From NCBI GenBank assembly GCA_965552135.1, contig CBEVQY010000001.1, forward strand, positions 105,559 to 169,558: a DNA stretch of 64,000 nucleotides, written 5' to 3'. Both the position numbers and the translations under genes were made by a program. This document shows positions 36,776 to 45,583 of the stretch, one piece after another; positions within the stretch are counted from its first letter, which is position 1; every line of letters starts with the position of its first letter. The stretch comes from an uncultured bacterium (GTDB lineage: Bacteria > UBP14 > UBA6098 > B30-G16). The notes beneath the pieces were generated by a model. That model was not told the DNA's origin and did not search any database. It saw nothing but the letters and a program-made list of their open reading frames with translations.

Positions 36776-37377
36776 AGCCGCTTTCCCTCGAAGCAAGGAA
36801 TGCAGAGTTTTCGCCCGTCTTTTATCCTGATCCCGTGCGCGAAGACGACCTCTCCGCAGCCTTCGCACTCGTACCACTCGAACGTTCCACCCCCAAACGT
36901 GCCCTCGAAGGTGAACACGTCAGACACGTTAAAGAGCTCCTCGGCGGGTGCAGAAACGATCCTCTCTATGAGCGGGTCGACGACGGATGGAGGTATATCC
37001 TGCGGCTGGTATCCGAGGCTGCGGAGCTTTACGAACTGGGACGACAAAGCCTTCTTCTGGAACTCGGGCTTTACGACCACGCGGACAGCTCGACGCGTGG
37101 AGCATTCGACAAGTATCAGGCCGTTTTTGCCGTAGTCGAGGCGCTTTATGTTCCCCTTGCCGTAGGTGCAGCCCGTTGCGACTTGGACGCCGTCGCCAAA
37201 GCACATGGTGGCGTGCGCAGGTCCGTTCTCGAGAAGACAGAAAAGCTCCTTGTTCGCTGCCCGCCTCACGCCCAAAGTATCGAGCGCCAAAAGCCCCGCC
37301 CTTATGCCCAAAGGCATGGCGGGACACCTGTGCCCGTGGAACTTAAACCCGATCTCCAAAAGCTCCGAAAGCTCCAT
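36772..37377 (-). CDS. FmdE/FwdE-family metal-binding protein with a C-terminal zinc finger
   Basis: FHGHRCP, CFGDGVQVATGCTYGKGN and CEGCGE...CIPC. Confidence 0.9.
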   Translation of the reverse strand: MELSELLEIGFKFHGHRCPAMPLGIRAGLLALDTLGVRRAANKELFCLLENGPAHATMCFGDGVQVATGCTYGKGNIKRLDYGKNGLILVECSTRRAVRVVVKPEFQKKALSSQFVKLRSLGYQPQDIPPSVVDPLIERIVSAPAEELFNVSDVFTFEGTFGGGTFEWYECEGCGEVVFAHGIRIKDGRKLCIPCFEGKRL

Positions 37378-37397
37378 AGCAAAAAACCCCCTGCTTG

Positions 37398-38885
37398 TCA
37401 GCTTTGCCTTTGGAGCTGAATTGCCCTTTCGTAGAGCTCGATGTACTTTCGCGCCGAGGCTTCCCACGAGAAGTCCTGCCTCATCCCGCGCAGCATGATC
37501 TTCTCCCACCGCTTTTTGTCGCGGAAAGCCTCCAGTGCGCGCTCGATGCACGACAAAAGCGCCTGAGGGGTGGGATCGTCGAAGAGGAATCCCGTTCCCC
37601 TGTCGGGGAATTCGTCGGCGTCGATGACGGTGTCGGCAAGCCCGCCCGTGCGCCGAACCACAGGAACCGTCCCGTAGCGGAGGGAGTAGAGCTGGTTGAG
37701 CCCGCACGGCTCGAAGCGGGAGGGCATGAGGAACATGTCGGCGCCAGCTTCTATCTTGTGGGCGAGGGGGTCGTTGAACTCGGTGCAAACCGCCACCTGG
37801 CGGGGGTAGTCCCGCGACGCCTTGCGGAACATCTCCTCGTACTCGGGCTTGCCCGACCCCAAAACGACAAGCTTTACGCCAAACTCAACGAGTCGCGGCA
37901 ACGCCTCCGCAACTATATCGAACCCCTTCTGATAAGCCATCCTGCCGATCATGCCCAAAACGGGCTTTTCGGGCTCGTCGGGAAGCCCAACCTCCCGAAG
38001 CAGAACCGACTTCATCTTCCGCTTGCCGGAGAGGTCCTTGGGGGAGTAGTTGTGCTCGATCTTCGCGTCGACGCTCGGGTCCCAAACGGAGTAATCGACG
38101 CCGTTTAGGATGCCGAAAAGCTTGTGCGATACCGACGAAAGCACACCCTCAAGCCCCTCGCCGTATTGGGGCGTTTGTATCTCCTTTGCGTAGGTCGGGC
38201 TTACCGTGTTGACCGCATCGGCAAAGAGGATCCCTATCTTGAGGAAGTTGACCTTGCCGAAGAACTCGAACGGTCCTGTTGGGTAGAAGAGCTCTTCGCC
38301 CAGCCCCATAAGCCTGAGGGCGTTCTTCTCGAAAACGCCCTGGTAGGCGATGTTGTGTATCGTGAGCACCGACGCCGTCCTTCTCCACACGGGGTGGTCG
38401 CCGTATGCGAGCTTGAGGTATGCGGGCAGGAGGGCAGTGTGGTGGTCGTTTGCGTGGAGCACATCCGGGACAAACCCTACAGCCGGCGCAACCTGCAGCA
38501 CAGACTTGCAGAAGAAGACGAGCCGCTCGGCTTGGTCGGGGAAGTCGCGCTTCGTGTCGGGGTCGAAGTATATCCCGCGCCTGTCGAAGAACCGCTCGCT
38601 TTTTACGAAGTAGACGGGGACCCTTGTTCCCGGCAGGCTTGCGGCGAAGAGGTCGAACGTCTCAACGGAGTCGCCGACGACTACGGGCACGCCGCACACA
38701 TCGAGCCGCTTTATCCCGAACTCAGCCGACCGCCTCTGGACGTCGCCGTAGTACGGCATAACGACGCGGACGTCAACGCCGAGGCGCCTCAGCGCCTTCG
38801 GAAGCGACCCCGCAACGTCGGCAAGACCGCCAACCTTAGCAAAAGGATATACCTCCGCCGACGCTAACAAAACCCTAAGCGACAT
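37398..38885 (-). CDS. glgA: Glycogen synthase
   Basis: KVGGLADV, HANDHHT, TIHNIAYQG, GILNGVD, QKG and PSRFEPCGLNQ. Confidence 0.97.
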   Translation of the reverse strand: MSLRVLLASAEVYPFAKVGGLADVAGSLPKALRRLGVDVRVVMPYYGDVQRRSAEFGIKRLDVCGVPVVVGDSVETFDLFAASLPGTRVPVYFVKSERFFDRRGIYFDPDTKRDFPDQAERLVFFCKSVLQVAPAVGFVPDVLHANDHHTALLPAYLKLAYGDHPVWRRTASVLTIHNIAYQGVFEKNALRLMGLGEELFYPTGPFEFFGKVNFLKIGILFADAVNTVSPTYAKEIQTPQYGEGLEGVLSSVSHKLFGILNGVDYSVWDPSVDAKIEHNYSPKDLSGKRKMKSVLLREVGLPDEPEKPVLGMIGRMAYQKGFDIVAEALPRLVEFGVKLVVLGSGKPEYEEMFRKASRDYPRQVAVCTEFNDPLAHKIEAGADMFLMPSRFEPCGLNQLYSLRYGTVPVVRRTGGLADTVIDADEFPDRGTGFLFDDPTPQALLSCIERALEAFRDKKRWEKIMLRGMRQDFSWEASARKYIELYERAIQLQRQS

Positions 38886-38897
38886 CTCCCTCTCCCT

Positions 38898-40046
38898 TCA
38901 GAAGTGGTCGTAGCCAACTATGGTCTGGTAGGCGTACGAAAAGCTTATCGTCCTGTAGCCCTCGGACGTCGAGCCTGTGGCGGTTATTTTGAGCTTGAGG
39001 TAGTGGTTGTCGGGGGTCTTTATGGCGTAGACGTATCCGCTTATCGCCTCGTTGGACGGTGTCCATCCGGTTTCGGGTGCTTCGGGGTAGTCGTCGAGCT
39101 GGTCGGTGCCGAGGCGGACGATCTCGGACTGGAGCGTCCAGTCGTCGCCCAGAAGATGGGGGCTTTTGAGGGCGAGTCTGCCAGTGGTATCGCCCTCGAG
39201 GGTGCCGAGGTAGATGTCGATGTAAGGCTCGTTGGCGAGCGTCAGCTCAAGCGCAACGCCCTCGGAGAAGTCGAAGCCGCTGGTCGAGTCGGATATGTAC
39301 TCCACAAGCATCCCCTCGCCAAAAACCACGGGCGACGTGTGGACGTAGTCCGAAAGCACAGAGAGCACGGTATCACCATCCAGGATCATTGCGGAACGCA
39401 CGGCAAAGTAGTAGCGGATATCCTGCGAAAGCCCGCTTATCGTCACCGTTGTGTCGGAAACCAAAGGCGTTGAGGGCGAGATGGTGTCGAGGTCGGTGGG
39501 GTCGGTGGACATGTAGACGTAGTAGCCCAGGAAGTCGGGGTTTGTTGCATCGGGCGAGGGGGTCCAGATGAGCTGGACGTCCTCTTCGCCGGTGATGTAG
39601 GTGAGCGTCTGCGGCGGGTCGACGACGACGGAAACCGTCACCTCGATCTCCTCTGTCGGATCCCCCGCCTCGTACGAGCCGTCGTGCTCGCCCACAGAGC
39701 GCATGTGCACGTAGTAGACCTGCCCGTTCTGCAGTGGCTGCCCGGAGGCGTCGGATGTTATTTCGTAGGGGCTGTCGCCATCCGAAAGGGGCGAGGAGTT
39801 GACCTTGTACTCCTCAACCTCGTCCGAGCCAAGGGAGGCTATGGGCTCGGTGGATATGTAGACGTTGTAGCCCACGAAGTCGCTTTGGTCGGCATCGGGG
39901 CTGGGGTCCCACGAGACAACGATCACCGCATCGCCAGCCGTCGCGGAGAAATTCGTCGGCGGAGCTGGCGCCGTCCACTCCTCCTCGCCGCAACCCGTGA
40001 CCAAAACCAAAGCTGCCAAAACGCAAAGCCACGCCGCACGCCTCAT
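38898..40046 (-). CDS. Lipoprotein with two fibronectin type III-like domains
   Basis: Lipobox VTGC; PAPPTNFSA..VSW..GYNVY and PPQTL..LIW..GYYVY..YYFAVRS repeats. Confidence 0.82.
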   Translation of the reverse strand: MRRAAWLCVLAALVLVTGCGEEEWTAPAPPTNFSATAGDAVIVVSWDPSPDADQSDFVGYNVYISTEPIASLGSDEVEEYKVNSSPLSDGDSPYEITSDASGQPLQNGQVYYVHMRSVGEHDGSYEAGDPTEEIEVTVSVVVDPPQTLTYITGEEDVQLIWTPSPDATNPDFLGYYVYMSTDPTDLDTISPSTPLVSDTTVTISGLSQDIRYYFAVRSAMILDGDTVLSVLSDYVHTSPVVFGEGMLVEYISDSTSGFDFSEGVALELTLANEPYIDIYLGTLEGDTTGRLALKSPHLLGDDWTLQSEIVRLGTDQLDDYPEAPETGWTPSNEAISGYVYAIKTPDNHYLKLKITATGSTSEGYRTISFSYAYQTIVGYDHF

Positions 40047-40188
40047 CCTGCCCTCCTTTCTTGTGCCCGTTTTCTCAAATTTACCGACACGCCTCGGCAA
40101 CGCAAGGGGAATTGGCGATTTCCTCTTGCACCAAAGGGGCAAGTGGCTTATCTAACAGGTAAGCGTCCAAAGAAAGGTGGGGGAGGAA

Positions 40189-40614
40189 ATGGGCATAGTT
40201 CTCAAGGACAGGCGGTCGCACGAGGGCGAGATAATGCGCCTTTTGGCGGGATTTGCGCAGATGAGACTGCCATCCCTTATGGATGAGCTTAACAAGTGGC
40301 ATCCGCCGGTGGACGTGCTCGAGACGGAGGACAAGCTGATAATAATAGTCGAGATAGCGGGCGTTTCGACAGGCGACATAAACATAACCCAGCACGGGGA
40401 TCTTATCCGCATCGAGGGCAACCGCATCGAGGTTCTTCCGGCGGAGTCGCCGGTGTTCCACCACATGGAGATAAACTACGGTCCCTTCGAGCGGAACATA
40501 CGCCTTCCCAGGAAGTTCGTGGGCGGAGAGGTTGCGGCTTCGTACAAAAACGGATTTTTGCGCATAGAGGTCTCGAAGAACAAAAACGCCGAAAGGGTTA
40601 TAAAGGTCGAGTAA
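40189..40614 (+). CDS. Hsp20/alpha-crystallin small heat-shock protein
   Basis: PPVDVLET, EIAGV, EINYGPFERNIRLP and ASYKNGFLRI. Confidence 0.93.
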   Translation: MGIVLKDRRSHEGEIMRLLAGFAQMRLPSLMDELNKWHPPVDVLETEDKLIIIVEIAGVSTGDINITQHGDLIRIEGNRIEVLPAESPVFHHMEINYGPFERNIRLPRKFVGGEVAASYKNGFLRIEVSKNKNAERVIKVE

Positions 40615-40617
40615 GCC

Positions 40618-42951
40618 ATGAGCAAAGGCAACAAACAGGTTTTGCCCATCTTGATGCTGCCCGAGGGGCTTGTCACCTTCCCCGGTCTTATAGCGCCCCT
40701 TACGGTCAACGCGCCTTCGCTTGTGCAGATGATAAACGACGTCCTCTCGAAGGACAAGGTTCTTGCGGTTTTTGCCCGCAAGCAGCCGCAGAAGGAGGAG
40801 GGAGAACTCGAACAAAGGATTTACTCAGTTGGCTGCAAGGCGGTGATACTCAAGATGATCCGTCTTCCCGACGGGTCGATGCGTTTTCTGATACAGGCGC
40901 AGGCGCGTGTGAGGCTCCTTAGGCTTGAGAGGACCGACCCCTACCCCACCGGCGAGGTCGAGGAGCTTTGGGACGAGGTTGCCCACGACGAGGAAGAGGC
41001 TGCGCTTATGCGCACCGTGCTGCAGCTTTTCGACAAAGTCGTCTCCTCTGCGCCCTATCTTCCCGACGAGCTTCGCCTTGCCGCCGTCAACACCACAGAC
41101 CCCGGCAGGCTCGCCGACCTCGTCGCGGCAAACCTAAACATCCCCCCCGACCAAAAACAGCGCGTGCTCGAGGAGCTCTCGGCAAAGCAGAGACTCAGGA
41201 TAGTGATAGACCTCCTCAAAAGGGAGCTTACGATACTTGAGCTTACGCGTGAGATTCAGAAGAAGACGGCGCAGGAGATGGAGCGGGCGCAGCGGGAATA
41301 CTTCCTGCGGGAGCAGCTCAAGCAGATACGCCGCGAGCTCGGCGAGGAGGACACGGGCAAGGAGATAGAGGAGCTGAGGAAGAAGATAGAAGAGGCTGGT
41401 ATGCCCGACGAGGCTCGCGAGGCGGCGCTCAAGGAGCTCGACAGACTCGCCAAGATGAACCCCGCATCCGCCGAGTACACCGTTTCGCGCACCTACCTCG
41501 ATTGGCTTGTGGAGATGCCCTGGAGCATCGAGACGAAGGACAGGATCGACATAGCCGAGGCGCGCAAGATACTCGACGAGGACCACTACGACCTCGACGA
41601 GGTCAAGGAAAGAATCCTCGAGTTTTTAGCGGTGAGGAAGCTTAAGCCCGACGTTAAGTCGCCGATTCTTTTGTTTGTGGGTCCGCCTGGCGTTGGCAAG
41701 ACGTCGCTTGGGATGTCGATAGCGCGTGCTATGGGTCGCAAGTTTGTGCGGATTTCGCTGGGTGGTATGAAGGACGAGGCTGAGATCCGCGGGCACAGGC
41801 GGACGTACGTCGGCGCTCTGCCGGGGAGGATCATCCAGGGGATAAAGCGCGCAGGCGCGAAAAACCCCGTATTCATGCTCGACGAGATCGACAAGATCGG
41901 TCAGGACTTCAGGGGCGATCCGGCTTCCGCTCTCCTTGAGGTCCTCGACCCAGAGCAAAACCACTCCTTCTTCGACCACTACCTCGATGTGCCGTTTGAC
42001 CTCTCCAAGGTCATATTCATCGCCACGGCGAACTACATCGACCCTATCCCCCGCGTCCTTCTGGACAGGATGGAGGTTTTGCACCTGCCCGGCTACACCG
42101 AGCTTGAGAAGATTCAGATAGCCAAGAAGTTCCTCATACCGCGCGAGCTCGAGAACCACGGTCTTACGAAGAAGCAGCTTACCTTCACCGACAAGGCTAT
42201 TCGCGACATAATAAACTTTTACACCCGCGAGGCGGGTGTCAGGAACCTCGACCGCGCCATAGCTTCCATCTGCCGCAAGACGGCGAAGGGTTTGGCGGAG
42301 GGTAAGTTTACGTCGCTTCGGGTGACGTCGAAGGTTGTTCGCGAGATGCTTGGACCGGAGAAGTTTGTTCGCGAAAAGCTTTTGGACGAGCCCAAGCCCG
42401 GGGTTGCCACGGGTCTTGCGTGGACGCCCTTTGGCGGCGAGGTCCTTATGGTCGAGGCGACGACACTGCCCGGAGGCGGCAAGCTTATCCTCACAGGCAG
42501 CCTCGGCGAGGTTATGAAGGAGTCGGCGCAGATAGCGCTCTCATACGTTCGTTCGAAGGCGGAGGCTTTAGGCATAGATTCGCAAGTCTTCCAGAAAAGC
42601 GATATCCACATCCACGTTCCTGCGGGTGCGATACCGAAGGACGGTCCTTCGGCTGGCATAACGATAGCGACGGCGCTTGTTTCGCGCCTTTTGAACAAGC
42701 CGCCGCGTCAGAACATCGCCATGACGGGCGAGATAACCCTTCGCGGCGACGTTTTGCTCGTTGGGGGTTTGAAGGAGAAGTCGCTTGCGGCGCACAGGGT
42801 TGGCATAAAAAAGATTATCATTCCCGCCGACAATAAAAAAGACCTGCCCGAGCTTCCCGACGAGATCAGGGAGACGATAAAGTTTATTCCCGTCGAGACG
42901 GTCGAGCAGGTTTTGTGGCATGCCCTTGGCGTTCGCCTGTCGAAGGTGTGA
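40618..42951 (+). CDS. lon: Lon protease (LonA), copy 2
   Basis: GPPGVGKTS, MLDEIDK, PKDGPSAG and EKSLAA; operonic with hsp20. Confidence 0.97.
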   Translation: MSKGNKQVLPILMLPEGLVTFPGLIAPLTVNAPSLVQMINDVLSKDKVLAVFARKQPQKEEGELEQRIYSVGCKAVILKMIRLPDGSMRFLIQAQARVRLLRLERTDPYPTGEVEELWDEVAHDEEEAALMRTVLQLFDKVVSSAPYLPDELRLAAVNTTDPGRLADLVAANLNIPPDQKQRVLEELSAKQRLRIVIDLLKRELTILELTREIQKKTAQEMERAQREYFLREQLKQIRRELGEEDTGKEIEELRKKIEEAGMPDEAREAALKELDRLAKMNPASAEYTVSRTYLDWLVEMPWSIETKDRIDIAEARKILDEDHYDLDEVKERILEFLAVRKLKPDVKSPILLFVGPPGVGKTSLGMSIARAMGRKFVRISLGGMKDEAEIRGHRRTYVGALPGRIIQGIKRAGAKNPVFMLDEIDKIGQDFRGDPASALLEVLDPEQNHSFFDHYLDVPFDLSKVIFIATANYIDPIPRVLLDRMEVLHLPGYTELEKIQIAKKFLIPRELENHGLTKKQLTFTDKAIRDIINFYTREAGVRNLDRAIASICRKTAKGLAEGKFTSLRVTSKVVREMLGPEKFVREKLLDEPKPGVATGLAWTPFGGEVLMVEATTLPGGGKLILTGSLGEVMKESAQIALSYVRSKAEALGIDSQVFQKSDIHIHVPAGAIPKDGPSAGITIATALVSRLLNKPPRQNIAMTGEITLRGDVLLVGGLKEKSLAAHRVGIKKIIIPADNKKDLPELPDEIRETIKFIPVETVEQVLWHALGVRLSKV

Positions 42952-43000
42952 TCGTTAGCCTTCGCTGATCGCCCTGCGCCAGCACTTTGCCCCACGTGGG

Positions 43001-43160
43001 GGTGGGGGTCAGTGGGGGTCTTTCCATCCCCACGAACATAGGAGAACGGCGTGAACGCCAGAAGAGGGAAATGACCCCCACCAATCCCCTATCAATCGGG
43101 GGTGGGGGTCAGTGGGGGTCATTCACTCCCTGCGAAGCGCTGATGAGTTATGACCCCCAC
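43001..43160. repeat. Two palindromic (REP/REPIN-like) modules flanking a truncated CRISPR repeat
   Basis: GGTGGGGGTCAGTGGGGGTC at 43001 and 43101; complementary ATGACCCCCAC at 43071 and 43150; 20-nt repeat fragment CAATCCCCTATCAATCGGGG at 43082-43101. Confidence 0.75.
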
Positions 43161-44426
43161 TCGCAATCCCCTATCAATCGGGGAATCCGATGCAACTGGC
43201 CTGTTCCTCCGGGATCCTGATGATCCTTGGGGGTCGCAATCCCCTATCAATCGGGGAATTTGATGCAACAGGAGAAGCTTATCAAGCTGAGGGACTATTA
43301 CAGGGTCGCAATCCCCTATCAATCGGGGAATTCGATGCAACCCATCTCCCATCTTCGAGGAGGCGGTGCTTTCTAGGTCGCAATCCCCTATCAATCGGGG
43401 AATTCGATGCAACTTATTGGATTTCCAACAAAGCCCCGCGGGAAGGTAATGTCGCAATCCCCTATCAATCGGGGAATTCGATGCAACGTTGTCTCGCGCC
43501 TCAAGGCGCTCGAGGATTGACAGTCGCAATCCCCTATCAATCGGGGAATTCGATGCAACAAGGAAAAACATTCGGTCTGTTTCTTAGAGATAGTGTCGCA
43601 ATCCCCTATCAATCGGGGAATTCGATGCAACAAAAGGAGGTTTCATAATGAGTAAATATTTATTTGGTCGCAATCCCCTATCAATCGGGGAATTCGATGC
43701 AACGTCATTCAGCCTGGGGCGTTGGTCGCCCCAGGCGAGTCGCAATCCCCTATCAATCGGGGAATTCGATGCAACATTTTTGATAGAAAATTCGCTCAGG
43801 CCCTTGCAAGTCGCAATCCCCTATCAATCGGGGAATTCGATGCAACATTTTTGATAGAAAATTCGCTCAGGCCCTTGCAAGTCGCAATCCCCTATCAATC
43901 GGGGAATTCGATGCAACATGTCAGGGGCAGATATGATAATTATTGCCCATTCGTCGCAACCCCCTATCAATCGGGGAATTCGATGCAACGTTTGCCTCTC
44001 TCGTGAGAGAAGGGAAAGCCAGACCGTCGCAACCCCCTATCAATCGGGGAATTCGATGCAACGAAACTCAAAAAAAGGAGGTAGAAGATGTTGATGTGGT
44101 CGCAACCCCCTATCAATCGGGGAATTCGATGCAACTTCCTTTGCCTCAAGCTCTTCGAGGACTTCAGGCTGTCGCAACCCCCTATCAATCGGGGAATTCG
44201 ATGCAACCTATCGTCAGCTCGTGGGTGTCCAGAAAGCGCCTTATGTCGCAACCCCCTATCAATCGGGGAATTCGATGCAACTTAAAAGAGTAGAAAAGAA
44301 GGCTGGCATGTACTATGGTCGCAACCCCCTATCAATCGGGGAATTCGATGCAACCAGTGAGATATTCTCCCCGTAATCAAAAAATAAAAGTCGCAACCCC
44401 CTATCAATCGGGGAATTCGATGCAAC
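43160..44426 (-). CRISPR. CRISPR array: 18 repeats of 37 bp and 17 spacers of 34-37 bp; no cas genes in the window
   Basis: + strand repeat GTCGCAA(T/C)CCCCTATCAATCGGGGAATTCGATGCAAC starting at 43160, 43233, 43305, 43377, 43451, 43523, 43595, 43667, 43739, 43810, 43881, 43953, 44026, 44099, 44171, 44245, 44318 and 44390. Degenerate copies lie on the left and a leader-like region on the right, so minus-strand transcription is inferred. Confidence 0.98.
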
Positions 44427-44680
44427 TGTCTCCCTGCGAGCCCTTGATACTCAAGGGCTCAGAAAGCCATTTCGGCGAACCTACCCCACCAACCCCCGTA
44501 AGTTGAATTTGCATTTTGCAAAACATCGACTATCCCCTTGATCCACACAAACTTAGCTCCGGAGCGAACCCCCCAGGGTTTTTATGTGCGCTTGAGGTTC
44601 GCGCAAAAATCGCGCTCTTCTATTTTCAAAGAACTCAACCACTTCCCAAATAAACCCAACAGCGCGAAGATGTCAAGGGG
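44427..44680 (-). promoter_or_regulatory. Probable CRISPR leader
   Basis: About 250 bp noncoding and AT-richer; perfect palindrome GAGCCCTTGA-TAC-TCAAGGGCTC (44438-44460); GCGAACC at 44475 and 44564 with inverted GGTTCGC at 44596-44602. Confidence 0.7.
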
Positions 44681-44684
44681 AAAA

Positions 44685-45569
44685 TTACTCGATGTTCTGA
44701 ACCTGCTCACGAATGCGCTCAAGCTGCTCTTTGACGTCTATCACGATAGAGGCGATCTCGACGTCGTCGGTCTTTGCGCCAACGGTGGTGATCTCCCTGT
44801 GACACTCCTGAACGATGAAGTTGAGCATACTCCCCACGGGCTTTCGACTCTTGAGCGCCTCCAGAAACCTCTGGATGTGCGTTTCGAGCCTCGTTATCTC
44901 CTCGGTGCAGTCGGCGCGGGCAGCAAGATGCGCCACCTCCTGCGCCAAACTCGACTCGTCAAGCTCCACATCCCCCAAAAGCTGCAAAACCCGCTCCCTG
45001 AAACGCCTGTAGCGCCTTTGCGCACCGACATCCTGAAGCCGCTTTATCCTGCGAACGAAGGCTCTGACGGCATAAAGCCTCTTTCGGATGTCCTCCTGAA
45101 GCGCCTTCCCCTCCTGGCGCCTCGATTTTTTGAGCTTCTGCAGCGCGCTTTTTGCAGCGCAAAGCGAAACGCGAAAAAGCTTCCTCTGCGCCAAAACGTT
45201 CGGCGTGCGAACGAAAAGCTCGTCGAAGCAAAGGAGCCTGTCGAGGTTGACGGTGGTTCGCTCGGGCAGAAGGCGCGCGTCAAGCTGCTGGAGGATGTCG
45301 GCGTAAGCGTCCAGAAGCGCATCGTCCAGCGAGATGTCCCAAAGCCTTAAACCGCCCGTGGCAACCACCCGAAGCGCAAGGAAAACCTTCCCCCTGCTTG
45401 TGTACTGCCGCACAAGCTCCAAAAACTTCGGCTCAAACTCCGAAAGCAGCGCGGGAAGCTGAAGGCGGATCTCCAGGAATCGGGAGTTGAGCGACTTCGC
45501 CTCGGCTGATACCACAACCCCCTCTTCCGAACACACCGCCCTGCCGAAGCCGGTCATCGAATAAAGCAT
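44685..45569 (-). CDS. yicC: YicC/YloC family endoribonuclease
   Basis: MLYSMTGFGR, KSLNSRFLE, DCTEEITRL, LNFIVQECHREITTVGAK and IREQVQNIE. Confidence 0.95.
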   Translation of the reverse strand: MLYSMTGFGRAVCSEEGVVVSAEAKSLNSRFLEIRLQLPALLSEFEPKFLELVRQYTSRGKVFLALRVVATGGLRLWDISLDDALLDAYADILQQLDARLLPERTTVNLDRLLCFDELFVRTPNVLAQRKLFRVSLCAAKSALQKLKKSRRQEGKALQEDIRKRLYAVRAFVRRIKRLQDVGAQRRYRRFRERVLQLLGDVELDESSLAQEVAHLAARADCTEEITRLETHIQRFLEALKSRKPVGSMLNFIVQECHREITTVGAKTDDVEIASIVIDVKEQLERIREQVQNIE

Positions 45570-45583
45570 CGCGCTACCTCATC

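Noticed and set aside
40047..40188. CIRCE heat-shock operator upstream of hsp20-lon
   Set aside because: No TTAGCACTC-N9-GAGTGCTAA match; only a weak sigma70-like TTGCAC/TATCTA pair.
43488..43522. Spacer resembling rpsA sequence near 6826-6843 (CCTCGAGGCGCTCGAGGA)
   Set aside because: Only about 17 of 18 nt match over common codons and the flanks differ; not a credible self-target.
42987..44506. Repetitive ORFs such as VAIPYQSGNSMQ and LHRIPRLIGDCD
   Set aside because: They are translations of the CRISPR repeats, not proteins.
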